Shown: piece by piece, positions 1-18,042 of the stretch
Layout of the letters: the number at the start of each line of letters is the position of its first letter
Position numbering within the stretch: position 1 is the first letter of the stretch
Assembly (NCBI RefSeq): GCF_000315625.1
Contig: NW_005434671.1
Location: forward strand, 1,165,170 to 1,229,169
Direction: 5' to 3'
Origin: Guillardia theta CCMP2712
Lineage: Eukaryota; Protista; Cryptophyta
Length of the DNA: 64,000 nucleotides
Notes under the pieces: generated by a model
Database searches by the model: none
Told to the model about the DNA's origin: nothing
The model's input: the letters and a program-made list of their open reading frames with translations, nothing else
Translations under genes and position numbers: made by a program

Positions 1-1101
1 CCTCCAGTGTATCCAGCCTGGACACACGAGTCATCAAGATCTTTGTGCGACCGACGTTTACCTGCGTCGATACAACGCCAACCACGCGCTGGAAAACTAA
101 CTCGAGTGGCCTTGTGGAACGCAATAACTCCTCAAAACACCAGCTATTCGCTCACCAGAAAGAACCCCCCGCAAAAGTTGCAACTTTGCAATCATGCGAC
201 TGAACACAGAACAGCATCAACACATTGTTGGAATGATGCTTGAAGTACCTTGATGATGTTTGTAACCTCGATCTCCATCATCAAATCCTTGGGTTGTTAT
301 GTCATGCCATCAAAGTAGAACATTCATTATTCATCATTCACCTCTCCAGCCAGCGGAACATTGCCATCGATTTCTATCTTGTCCGAGTAAATGTTCGACA
401 CCAATATACGTAGACCTTTCATCCCAAGTTGGTCTCCAACAGCCAGCTGACCGGTAAAAGATTTCGTCAGATTTTTCTCTCGCGACATCCGCCCAACAAA
501 ATTACATCATCCGGGCACTCGGATTTCGAAACATTAACAATGAGATCCAGCCGGATTGGTCCAAACGCTTTTTCACACGGTATCTTTAAGCTCTTCAGTT
601 CTCTTTCTTTCATTCCAATAACCTTCAGTAACGTCAGAGACCTGTATGCTGAAATTGCACCTTGACCGCTTCCTCAATTCCATCGATCACTCGACCGCTT
701 CCAACCTCAAACTCAACAGGCTCTCTGTCTCTTGTGTTGTCAAACCCCTTGCCATCTACCAGGCGGCCGATGTAATGCACCGTGACGATATCCCCTAGCT
801 CCACCTCCTTCTGCAGGGAACACTGTAAACCCAAAGTCCTCCGTCCCGTTGAGTCTGGCTGAAAGGAGGAACCGATTCTCCTCCTCCTTTGCATCAGCAC
901 TGAGAATACGTTGCACTTGTTTCCTGTGCTCGTCGCTGTCCAGCCACAATCAATCCCTTGTGGTCCTATTTCAGCGAACTTACCTTTGAGAGGGAGTGAC
1001 AGTGGTGAAACCGAAGATCGAGGAGGGAGGGAGAAGCAAATCTCACTTCTGGTCATCGTTATCATCATCATCAACAACAACATTGTCGTCATCATGATCA
1101 T
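1..1101 (-). CDS. FKBP/SlyD-type peptidyl-prolyl isomerase fused to an MsrA-like domain (GSFW variant); multi-exon, runs off the window start; probably plastid-targeted
   Basis: ORF 634-1164 gives [47 protein letters not shown] (FKBP). Later exons read [20 protein letters not shown]...[12 protein letters not shown] (SlyD-like), then [32 protein letters not shown] (MsrA N-terminus). The N-terminus is hydrophobic and followed by C-F-S. Confidence 0.8.
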
Positions 1102-1387
1102 AATCTTTCCCCTCCTCCTCGTCCTCCCCCTCCTGCTGCTCTCCATTTCACGTTCACCTAACATTGCGACCAGTCACCACCCCTACCCTTCTTTCCATAT
1201 TGTGTATGATCCCCTACCCACATTTTTGTCTGGTTGGTTGGATTACCCAGTCATTTGTAGCAATAATTGTGTATATCATAGGGGTACCAAGGACTACCCC
1301 CGGTCATGTACCCCATCTTCTTAGTGATCACCCCTTGAAAGGAATCAATGCCCGATCCAAAGCGTGTTACGACCTGCACGAAGCCTA

Positions 1388-1462
1388 CCTCCTCCTCCTC
1401 CTCCTCCTCCTCCTCCTCCTCCTCCTCCTCCTCCTCCTCCTCCTCCTCCTCCTCCTCCTCCT
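1388..1462. repeat. (CCT)n microsatellite
   Basis: About 25 perfect CCT units. Confidence 0.95.
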
Positions 1463-1767
1463 CTCCCACTCGTTTCCTTGACATCATCATCCTTGTCCCT
1501 GCTGTCCATCAGCATCCTCAGCCGTCGTACTTTTCCTCGTCTTCCTTATCTCAATTCTTCGTGAGCTCTGATCTGAACTTTGTCCTCGCCTCTTCCTCGC
1601 TTCTGTCCATTTCGCCTTCATCATAAGAACAGTTGACAAGCCTCATCGATTGTTTTCTCCTCCCCTACCTTGAGCTCTTCTCTCAACCCCAGCCATCTTC
1701 TATCAGCTATCGAACATGTTGATCTGTCCCCGATTTCTATCCTCACTGATTTTGGTTTCCAGGGACG

Positions 1768-3287
1768 ATGAAGGAATTATGGGCGTTTGCTCTGATAACG
1801 CTGTCCTTGTGTCACTTTTCAGCTTCATGGCCAGTCAGTGAATGTTTTCTGAATCTCAAGTCGAGTCCACTTCTCCAGACCTCACATCCTACAAGAACTC
1901 AGGCGACTACTTCCTTGCAGTGTATGTTTTCCCATGCTCCTGGTAGTCAATGGCGCCCTTCGAGGCGTCAGGAAGCAAAACTTATGCCCCTTAAGCTGGC
2001 AAAGAATAGATGGAGCGGGAAGTTTGAAGACCTCTCAGCTTCACAATCTGACCTGACGAAATTCCGTGACATCTTGCATGAAATCCAATCTGCCAACGAG
2101 ACGGAATACCCACGAATTGTTGGGAGCAATGTTGAGTTTCTGTTGAGGACTGATTTAGAAAGGCTCTCGAATACGATTCAAAGCGAAGAAATGGATGAGA
2201 CGAGCAGAGCTCGTCACGAGCAGAGCTTTCAGCTCGTGCTGGATTTCCTGGAAGTTTTCGTGAATGAAATCAAACAGATATGGGATGACAACAGGTGATC
2301 TGTCGAAATGTTTTTGCAGGTGTAGGCATGTTCTCAGTAAACTCTCACAGAGCTCTGCTGAAAGAAATTCTGCAAGCTTCCAGCAAAGGTATGCAAGCGC
2401 TGGACAAGAAAATGGAAGACATGATTGCTGGGCGTGAACCGCGATATACGCCTGAGTTCTTAAGTGAGAAGGTCTTGCTAATGAGCTGTTGTTGAGCATT
2501 TTCCAGGATATCTTGATGCAGAGATTGAGAGAATGAAAGATGTTGTTCAAGATGCAGCCAACAACAAGAAACGTGACGAGAGGAGAAGGTTCGTAAACGA
2601 CAAGTCGAAGAAGGTTGGGTCTTATTCCCGCTCCACTTGTTTTGAATTCGATGGTACATCAGATCATCGATCTTGACGACAAAGAGGAGGAGGAGGAGGA
2701 GGAGGAGGAGGAGGAGGAGGAGGAAACAAAGGGATCTCCAGACGCAAGGACAACCCTTCGTGTTCTCACCATGGTGAAGGTAACATCAAGAACGATTCTG
2801 ATGTCAGTTCAGCAGTGACGACAAACAGGCACGAATCTCTGCAGAGATGGAGAAATTTTTGGGAGAAGACGCCTGGGCAGCTCAGCTTCTCTCTCGAATG
2901 CTGCAGGTGTACTCCTACTCCCCTCCTTCACCCTCGTCAGAACCTCTCAATCTCATCGTCTTCTTCCCCCCCTCAACAAACTCCCTCCCGCCTTTCCTCC
3001 TCCTCCACTCCTGATGGATTGTCTTGTCAGGTCGATCAGGTTCCCCTCAGGGTGACAGCGATCCGCACAGCCCTCATGGAGATGCCAAATGCTCAAGCTC
3101 GAGCGACTTTCGTTGACGTTGTCATTCTTGCTGGGCCCGAGCCGGAGTTGACTCGTCCTTGCAGGTCGTCTCCGACGCTCTTGACGATCTTAGAAGGATG
3201 CAGGCGAGCGGAGACAAAGTGGATCCGGAGATGCTTCAGCGTATGGAGCACATTGAACAGGTGCTGAAGCGAGAGCTGGGAATCTAG
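1768..3287 (+). CDS. Hypothetical helical protein with signal peptide, possibly plastid-targeted; multi-exon
   Basis: MKELWAFALITLSLCHFSAS signal peptide. Exons are linked by short GT-AG introns and end in ...EQVLKRELGI* (TAG 3285-3287). Confidence 0.6.
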
Positions 3288-3501
3288 TGGAGGAGAGCTG
3301 GGGGTAGATCTGGGAGTCCGGCTGAGGCGACTTTGACATCTTTATTACACATTTGACCTCTTATTGATTATTCAAAATTAAAAAAGACTGCGAAAGAATA
3401 AAAAGAACTTGACAATGGCTGTCGAGCTGTGAAGGTCTTGAGATCGAGCGATGACTTTTTTTTGCACCTGGTGAGTCCCTTGGAGTTTCCCTACTGGCGC
3501 T

Positions 3502-9300
<5,799 letters not shown>

Positions 9301-9459
9301 TTCTCAAGGATCCGGGGGTCTCGCCCTTCTCTCCAAGTGCTCCGAATGTCGAAACTTGCGGAGGAAAGCCCTCTCCTCTGACTCCTTGTACACCTACTCG
9401 TCTGTCCTTCCTTTCGCCCTTGTCCTCCTCCCCCTCTCCCCCCTTCCCTTCCCCCCCCC

Positions 9460-9559
9460 NNNNNNNNNNNNNNNNNNNNNNNNNNNNNNNNNNNNNNNNN
9501 NNNNNNNNNNNNNNNNNNNNNNNNNNNNNNNNNNNNNNNNNNNNNNNNNNNNNNNNNNN
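9460..9559. other. Assembly gap (100 N)
   Basis: Run of N. Confidence 1.
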
Positions 9560-10995
9560 TCCAACCCATTCTCGTCTTCCCCTTCTCCATCTTGTCCGAA
9601 TCGCACTCGCTGTTCTTGATTCGCTCCCTTCTCCCTCCCTGGCTGCTCGCCCTCGTTCACAGGTAGCGGCCAGCGCTGCAGCTTCCGAGTCCGCTGTTCG
9701 TCCCATCCTTCCCTATTCCAATGCCACTGTTGTTCCACTTGCTGCTCACCTCCCTGCTCTCTTTCCTGCTCCTCTTGACCCTCTTGCTCCTGCTTCCAAA
9801 CACCCCGCTGCTGCATCCGCTGCAATCCATCGTCCTCCAACCCTGAGAGTTCATCATGCCAGGCGGTTGGCAAACTTGGGCCTCCAGCTCGGTCTCTTTC
9901 AGCACCATCATCTACTCTTTGAACACTTCGAGAAGGAGCAGAGTAAAATGATTCCGGCGAGGGTGAGATCCGGGGAGAGTAGTCTTCATTGGCGAGTGAC
10001 CAGAAATTTCCTCCGCATTCAACGAGAGTTATCTGAGTTTTGAGCTTCTGAACCTCCCCCTGCTGTGAAGAAGGATATACATACTCTTGCACCAACCCAG
10101 TTTCATTTATCACCAGACATCTGATCGGTACTGACCAGAATTCCGCCATGACTTGTTTGGCAATGTTCCCTAGAGGCTGCCGATCTTCAACGATCCTTGA
10201 AAGGAAATCATCCACGTTTTCATCCTCCAAGTCGTCTAAGATGTTGTTCTGCTTGTCTGCAAGATCCATCAAGTAGCTGGCGATGTCTTTGCGCATCTTC
10301 ACAACGGCTGAAGGGATCCTCCACAACTTCACCCCATCCAACTCCTCGATAACAACCCCGAAAGTGTAACCCATGAACTCAGCCTGTCGTCGGAGAGGAG
10401 GATGTACAAGAATCTGTTGAGAAACAGCCTCAAAGATGCTGTTGCCATTTGGATCCACCCATAGCTCCTTCAATCCTTCTCTGTCTACCAACCTTGCTAG
10501 CTGAGCCAGGCCATCTGTGCACTTTGACAGATCAAACCCACCTGGGGACAGAGCAGCGAAATTGAGCATGGGTGATTCCGAGCCCGCTCTCATGGGAGAA
10601 CTTCTAAACAAGCCAGCTCTGAATGGAGTCACAGGCAGAGGAAGCATGTTCATGGATGGCGACAAGGGATACGCAGTGGATCGAGAAACTGAGCGCATGG
10701 GGGTTGACGCCCTGGTGTTGTTGGCTGTCCATTGATCGATGAGCTTGTCAATTTCAAGCTGAAGTTGCCGAACTCCCGCATCGTCATCGTTCACTTCCTG
10801 CCTCTCGTTCATCCATGTTGACGTCACCTGCCCCAAGCGGTTTCGGAATTTCCCTTTTACCGCACTGCGTTCTGGCCCACGAGCTTGGACAGAGGAAAAC
10901 TTTCCTCGCAGCACATCTGTCTGCTGCAGGGAAGACGATGCTGAGCTGTACATTAAGGACAGCAGGACGAGCCATGCCTTGCGAGCCAGCCTCAT
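9560..10995 (-). CDS. OTU-like (pseudo-deubiquitinase) domain protein; 3' end lost in the gap, may join the downstream SAM gene
   Basis: GLKELWVDPNGNSIFEAVSQQI...KMRKDIASYL...PLGNIAKQVMAEFWSVPI...ITLVECGGNFWSL follows the OTU motif order (DGNC, LR, WG, HY) with degenerate catalytic residues. Confidence 0.6.
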
Positions 10996-11397
10996 CTTCT
11001 ACGCGTCCTCTTGAGAACTAGCCTACCTTGGAATCATCATCGGGGGCCAAGGATCTTCGTCCCCCCTTGTTAGCGGGTGCCCCTCGCTGCTAGTTCCCCC
11101 TCCTTGCATGAGACGTGCATGATATCTCAAAGAAACCACCAGTTTCACCTCTCCCTCCTCCCTTCCCTTCCCTGCCTGACTCCTTTCCCGTCTCTTTCCG
11201 CCCACACCATGCCCTTCGCAAAACCGTTACGTAATTTGGGACCAAGGCTGTTACGACCCGGCGCTGCTGGTCTGCCGGGCCCGGCGTGTTGACGGACGTA
11301 TCCCCATGGCAAGGGAGCATGGCGGGTACCACAGGGACAAGAGCGGAGCCAGGAAGACAAGACCGAGGAGCAAGGAGCTGATGTGACAGGAAGACCC

Positions 11398-12896
11398 ATG
11401 TCGCAGGCTGCAAGCCATGAGCACCAGGAGTGCCTCGCTCAGTTGCTGGACCCTGACGCTAGCGCTGCCCAGATGTCAGCGTGCTGTGGCTCAGCTATGA
11501 AGCCCCTCCTGGCCTTTCATCTGTGCATGCCCTACATCGCTCCAGTAGTTGATAAAGCAGACGACGAGGAAAGCATCCGTCGAAGAGAACGGGCCTTGAA
11601 GCGAAGGAGGAGATGGAAAGACCACCCAGACGCTACGGTACCTCGCGACACATTGCTTGTGTTGAAAAGTATTGACTGTCAATCAGGATCCAAATTTGCT
11701 CCAAATTTTATCACAACCTCTTCGAGATTTGAAGGCACGCTTTCTGAATTTCAAGGGGAGCCTTTACTGCAAGGCATGTCCGAAATCGAAGCAGGTAGAG
11801 TTTCACTCAGAATTTGTTTGGATAAATGTATAGATCAGATTAACACTAGAGGAGACTCTTCGGACAACGATTTTCTGGGGGAGAAAGCTGAGGAGGGCAA
11901 CTTCATCTTGGAGAACCATTGGAGGCAATGGGACGGTACAGAACAAGTAGTCGTGAGTATCAAAACGAACATGTTCGTCCTCCCTCAACCGGTTCGCTTC
12001 TTCCTCGGGGACATCAACGAGGCTTTGAAAAGGCTCGATGTAGATCAGAAATTTCGGCAGATCGTCATAGATCCGCCGTGGCCAAGGTCTCATGTATCTG
12101 TTTTAGTTGTTGCTTCTAATCAGAATACAGCAAGAGCCGAGGGAAATATTACCGGACGATGTCTACACAAGATATCGCAAAACTTGACGTGGGGAAACAT
12201 CTTTTGCGTGGAGGGCTGTTAGCTATGTGGGTTACAAATGATGAGAAGCTTATTTCATCAGCAAAGGTAGAACTTGACTTGTATCAGCCTGCCTTTCCCA
12301 CCTCGAATAGTTCACCTGCTCTGCTTATGCTCACCCTGTGCTTGTCACTTTCACACCCCCGTTCGCTTCATTTTGATTTGTTCTTGCCAGGATTGTATTT
12401 TGAGCTCGTGGGGCCTCGTGTGCTGTGCTACGTGGTTTTGGATCAAAGTCACCTGTCAGGGCGACCTCGTTTCGCCATTGGAATCTCCTCACAAGAAACC
12501 GTTTGAGCAACTGCTGATAGCTTGTCGAGCGTCAGAGGTCCATTCCTTCAAAGTTCCAAATCACAAAGTGCTTGTCAGCATGCCAGCTCAACATTCTCGA
12601 AAACCATTCATTGGGGATATTCTCTGCAAGTACACAAGGAATGTGGAAGAATCGGTGATCCCCTTCTTGCCAGCTCTGTCTCGAAGATTTGACTTCGTGC
12701 CATGTCAAGGATCATGAAGGCAAAGGTCCCTTTCAAGAAGGATTTGAACTGTTTGCGAGGGAGGTCTGAATTGCACGTGAGAATTCATTCAATTGTATTG
12801 ATGACTTGAATGCTGTAACAGTTGAGGCGTGGATGGACGTCAGTTGGGGATGAATGCTTGCTCTTTCAAGGAATCTCTTCGTTTGAGTCTGAATGA
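11398..12896 (+). CDS. METTL4: MT-A70 family N6-adenine methyltransferase, METTL4-like
   Basis: Motifs IVIDPPWP, LLAMWVTND, WFWIKVTCQG, HKKPFEQLL, HSRKP and ELFAR/LRRGWTSVGDE across several short introns; stop TGA 12894-12896. Confidence 0.85.
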
Positions 12897-12936
12897 ATGA
12901 ATGATCTGAGTCTGAGAGCTGAAGGCCAGGTCCCTC

Positions 12937-13122
12937 ATTGTCCTCGTACTGATTTTTAACTTAACTTTGAGTAAAGGCCCGGTGAGCACCCTAGCAACCA
13001 GTTCACTACTGAGTTAAGTTCGGCACCGTTACTCGAAGTCAAGTTAACCGTTACAGTAAAAGAGAAATCAACGAAGGACAAACATTACTCAAAGTTAAGT
13101 CAAAGATCAGTACGAGGACAAT
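12937..13122. repeat. 38-bp inverted repeat pair (MITE-like), with a further direct copy at ~13224-13268
   Basis: attgtcctcgtactgatttttaacttaactttgagtaa (12937-12974) is the reverse complement of ttactcaaagttaagtcaaagatcagtacgaggacaat (13085-13122) with 2 mismatches. Confidence 0.75.
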
Positions 13123-13456
13123 CAGGAGAGTAGAGGAGGGCGCGGCTTGACCCTGACGGCCTACCGGGTCGCACAGGCCATACCGTAAGAGAAAAAACAG
13201 CGAGAACCAACCCTCACAATCTTTTACTCAAAGGTAAGCTAAAGATCAGTACGGTACGATCAGGAGAGTCGATGTGACAGAGTCACAGGTGACGTGAGCC
13301 CTGACAAACAATTTGGTGCTCAGTGTAACGCTTTATGGTGTTGTAACCGTGGCCGTGACTCTGCGCAGGGACGTACCGTACCGTGACTGACATACGCCCC
13401 TTGGACAAGGGTGCTAAGGGGCTAATTAGCTGACGGGGGTTGCTCCTCCGAAGTCA

Positions 13457-13548
13457 GAGGAAAGAGGGGTACTGGGAAAGTCACCGGTGGGGGGGCTCTC
13501 CTACCAAGTCAATGAGGAAAGAGGGGTACTGGGAAAGTCACCGGTGGG
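13457..13548. repeat. 35-bp direct repeat, 2 copies
   Basis: gaggaaagaggggtactgggaaagtcaccggtggg at 13457 and 13514. Confidence 0.9.
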
Positions 13549-14164
13549 TAGACGCATTTGCATGGTCATGTGAGGGGTGTCACTTGGAGTGAGCAATCGG
13601 ACTCGGGGGGTAGGGTAGCCAAAAGGGGACCAACAGTCATAGGGAGATAGGGGTGTAGAGGATGTTCGGAGATCGGGTCACGGTGTGATTCGATGGGGTT
13701 GTTTGTTGACGGTAGGGACTGAGTTTGCCGGGGTACTTGTAGTGCAGTTGACTGGTTGAATGGTAGGTGGGGTGGTTGGATCGGGAGGGTTGCTGCCCAA
13801 CCAAGAGGTCGTTGACAAGGAAAAAAGGATGGAAGACCTTTTAACGTTTGATGTGGGGTGGTGTCAGGGTTCAGGGGGGTGGGGTCATAGTCTCCACCGG
13901 TGTATCTTAATAAGTAAATAGGGGGTTCACAGGTGCAAAAGGAAAGACCGAAAGTTTCTTTTTACAAGTTATGTAGAATTAAAATATTCTATAGAAGAGG
14001 ATTGCCATGGCGGTGTGCCAATGCGTCAGTTAGGCCAAGCTATGCGAGAGGATGAAGAAGAGGTCTAGATGAAGGGAAGAGACAGGTCAGCACGAGACGA
14101 CACTTGAAGATGAAGGAAGAGGAGAACAGAATCCCATGAAGGAGGGCAAAAGAGGCTTCTATTG

Positions 14165-17100
14165 ATGATATCAGAGCAACAAGGGGAGAATCTTGCTGAC
14201 TCTCACATCGGCCAGATCATTCGCCGCGAAGAGTATGAGAATACAAGTATTCATGAGCGGAGGAAGCAAAGGGACCGCAGGGAGAGCAGTACGTGCACGG
14301 GCGCTGCAGCCCTTGAGGAACTTGTTGTTGACGCAGAATCGGGTGAGGACTTCAACCAGTCAGATACGAATACAGACTCTTTGCAGCAAAGTGAGGGAAT
14401 GCTGTCATCTTGGAAGAGGAGAATAAGCTCTCCAGGCTTGTTCCGAAGAAGCTCACTACTGTTTGGGGGATTAAAGTCTGTGGAAGACTCAATGAAGGCA
14501 ACTTTTCTATCAGAATGGAAGGAGGAATTCAAGGAGATGAACTATCAGCCAACCGCAATTCTTTTGTTCACTTACCTCTCAGTACCTTGCTTTGCTCTCT
14601 TTTCTTGTCTCGGTGAATAATTTGAGCAAGGAAGGATTCGTAGATTGGAAGTACATTCCAGGCTCGACATACTTGCTCAGCAGTTTGATATGTTGCACGC
14701 TGGCAGGCATGTTCACCATGAAGAAGTATCGTTTGTTTTGCATGAGGAACTATGAATGTTTGATCACGCTGTATTTGGTGCAATACGTCTCCGTTATCGT
14801 CATGTCTGCATGGCTGACAGAGATCGGCAACGTCCTCTTTTCGAAGGACAACGGGCTGGTTGCTTTTAACAGCACAACCTCCAAAGGGAGGTTCCAGAGA
14901 ATCTGTCAAGAGCTCGATCCTGCGAAAGTCATGCTTCTTTCAGCAAATGTGAAGCCGTCAGGATGCGATACGCTCATCATCAATGGCAGGCAGATGGGGA
15001 TTTACATGAATGCTTTCCTGGAGCTCATTGTCTTTAGTCTGCACTGGAGAAGAACCTTGATAATATCCATTTACATGGTGGTCTTGCTGATTGTTGCAGT
15101 GCTTTCCAGCGGAACATATGTTCTTTCGCTCATCACAGCTTCCGTCTTCTTCATTATTGCTGGTCTCTCCTCCAGTTTCTTCTGTTTTGTTCGTCAAGAG
15201 AATGAGAAGCAGACTTTTGCGATCGCTAAGCGGACTAGGTTTGCGTCAGAGCAAAGCAGAAATCTTGTGAACACCCTGATGCCCGAGAACGTCTTATCGC
15301 GGATCACGACCTTGAAATCGAAGGAGTTCGTCGGAGTCACGATACCGCGATGTACTATCATGTTCTGCTCTCTCGCTCCTCAAGATGTCATACAGAAAGA
15401 ATCTTCGCAGAAGATCTTCAACTTCCTTGACTCCGTCTTTGAGACATTCGATTCCAAAGTGCAACAGTACGGCATGTACAAGTATCAACACGTCGGTGAC
15501 TGGTACATCATCACCTGCCCTCGAGCTGCAGCTCCGTTCGATGAGGCAGAGCAGTCAAGAGGCTATCCATCTGAGTACGCCTCGAGGATGGTGAAGTTGG
15601 CCAAGAGCCTGATGGACATCGCGGCGATGCAGAAGATCGGCAGTACCCCTTTGAGCCTCAAGGTAGGGATCAGCTATGGCAGCGTCGCAGGAGCTGTCAT
15701 TGGGATGCATCGAGCCTTCTACTGTGTGTACGGGGACACGACCAACACGGCGGCAAGGATGTGCAAGTACTCCCAAGGGGCTCAGATCTTGTGCACGAAA
15801 GCGTTTGCTGACCTGCTGGAGACGTGCTCAATGGTGGAAGCTGACTGCCGGTCTGAGGGGACCATCGACATCAAGGGGAAGGGGGCGATGGAAGTCTTCT
15901 CGATCGAGGTGAAGGGGCCGTCAGATCCGCTCGGAATGGAACGACGATCCGCCTCCATCTCAGGGGTCTCCACGCATTCCTCACTCTCTGCCTCCGTTGT
16001 TGGGATGAAGTTGGAACACTTGAGCGCGCAGAGCAGAGAGTTGCTCAAGAGCGATCAGTACAGGATCGGCAGACTATGGTGCCAGTTCAAAGATGCAACC
16101 TCAGAGGAGCTGTTTCTCAATCAGAGTCTGAATACTCACCGTCTCAAGCTGACCATTGGCATCGCTCTTCACTTTTGCGCAGTTTTCCTGCAATTTCATA
16201 TGGTTGTGTTCCCGGAGTATTCCTACAATTATGCCAACTTTGGAGCTTCGCAGCTTGAGGAGGAAAAGAAGATTGTGTTTCGCGCACTGACGATTCATCT
16301 TGTGATCTCAGGTTTGTGCAGCGCTTGTCTTGTGGCTGGGATGTGGACTTTCCAGTACAAGTTGCTCTTGTATCAATGGATCTTCGTGATCATGAAGCTG
16401 GTGTTTCTCTCTATCTGTGTTTATGCAAACAAGCATGAAGCTCCTCTCTCATGGACTCTTTGTTTTCCTTTCTTGTTTGTTGCTGCCCAGTCCAATTCCT
16501 GTGGTATTCAATTCAATCAAGCCCTCGTCGTTTGGATTGTCAGTATCATCACCTTCGTAGCCTGGACCGTCTCCAAGTCTTCGCGCAATTATCTCGTGGA
16601 GGACTTGGTCATCCTCCTCCTCACCGGCATCGTCGCGCTCATCGTCGTCCGGGTCAGCGATCGCTCGGAGCGATTCCGGTGGAGGATGCATCAGGTGTTC
16701 AACATCGAGTCATGTCGGCTCAAGGAGATCCTCTCTGACCTCATGCCCTCCAACGTGGCAGAGGACATGATGAGCAACTCGATGAAGCAACCTTGTCAGA
16801 TGGAGCTCGCTGTCGTGCTCGAGCTCGATCTCTGCAACTTCACGACGCTCTCGCAAGGAATGGATCCAATCGAGCTTGCCAACATGATCCATCGGGTCTT
16901 CTCCAAGTTCGATCTCATCGTGCAAGACAAGGGGTTGTTCAAGATGGATACAGTAGGCGATGCTTACATCGTCTCCGGTTGGCTACCGCAGGAGAAGGGA
17001 TGGAGGTTGAAGAAGGAAACCAAACAAATCTGTCATTCTATGCTTGACCTCGCGCGCTCAATGCTCACAATCGTGCAAGAGCAATCGCTGGGAGAGAACA

Positions 17101-17642
17101 GCACCCTGAGCTGCAGGATCGGCGTCTCCATCGGCATGGTGGCATCTGGCATCTTGGGAAAGATTCAGTCACGGTTTCATATCATCGGACAGGCTCTGAA
17201 GGAGGCGGAGCAGCTCGAACATGACGCGCAAGTCAACTCAGTTCATGTCTGCGACTCCTTCCTTCGAATCCTCGCTGTGGACAAGGTCGGGGATCCCCCG
17301 CACCCTCCTGCTTCTGTGATGGAACGGAAGAAGGCGATGAAAGAGGGCAGGTCTCTAAAGCAGCTCTTTGGGCATTCGAACAAGACCAACGAGGAGGACG
17401 AGGAGGAGAAGGCTGTAAGCAGACATTTCAGCAGAAGCGCCTCACAGATTCTCCTTGAGCTGGACGAGGTAGTCAGCCCTGATGGCTGGGACCTCATCGA
17501 GACTCGGGAGTTTCACCCTCCTATCAGCGATCAGGATGACGCCAACGCGTCCGTGGCGTTCAAGCTGCTCGAACCGTCAAAGACAAGTCACGTGCTGAGA
17601 CCGCAGCCTCCTCAAGTCTCGATGAGCAGAGTACCGCTGTAG
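14165..17642 (+). CDS. Membrane class III nucleotide cyclase with two TM clusters and two catalytic domains; probably a guanylate cyclase
   Basis: Domain 1 TIMFCSL...YKYQHVGDWY...KVGISYG...YCVYGDTTNTAARM...IDIKGKG; domain 2 VLELDLCNFT...FKMDTVGDAY...RIGVSIG. A likely 49-nt intron (~14612-14660) joins ORF 14162 to ORF 14592. Confidence 0.9.
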
Positions 17643-18042
17643 GGTCATGATCTCAACCAGTGTATGATGAATGTTGCAGTCAATAAATTACTGTCAGGTG
17701 AACTTGTGTTGACCCGCGTCAGCTCAGCTCGAGCCTGGCAGTGACCATGGCTGCGAGTTCAGTGAGGGCAGCATGATTGGAACGGCCGCCGCTTGAGCCG
17801 GCAAAACTTGCCAAGTCGGACTCAGATCGTGAAGATCGTAGCCTACAGTTGAAACTACTGAGGAAAATCCTTTTACAGGTTTTTTGTTTCACTTCCCTGG
17901 CATGTCGCAATGCGGCGCTTGTTGGGCTCCGTGCAGCCTGCGATCGGCGACATGGCAGCGAAGAGGATCCGCCCCGAGCAGACCGAGGACAAGAGAGAAG
18001 CTAGTGACCATGAGAGGATGCTGTGAGAGTGATCCGAACAAG

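Noticed and set aside
150-170. Selenocysteine MsrA (TGA next to the FW motif)
   Set aside because: The TGA is part of the intron donor gtgag; the catalytic-position codon is TCT (Ser)
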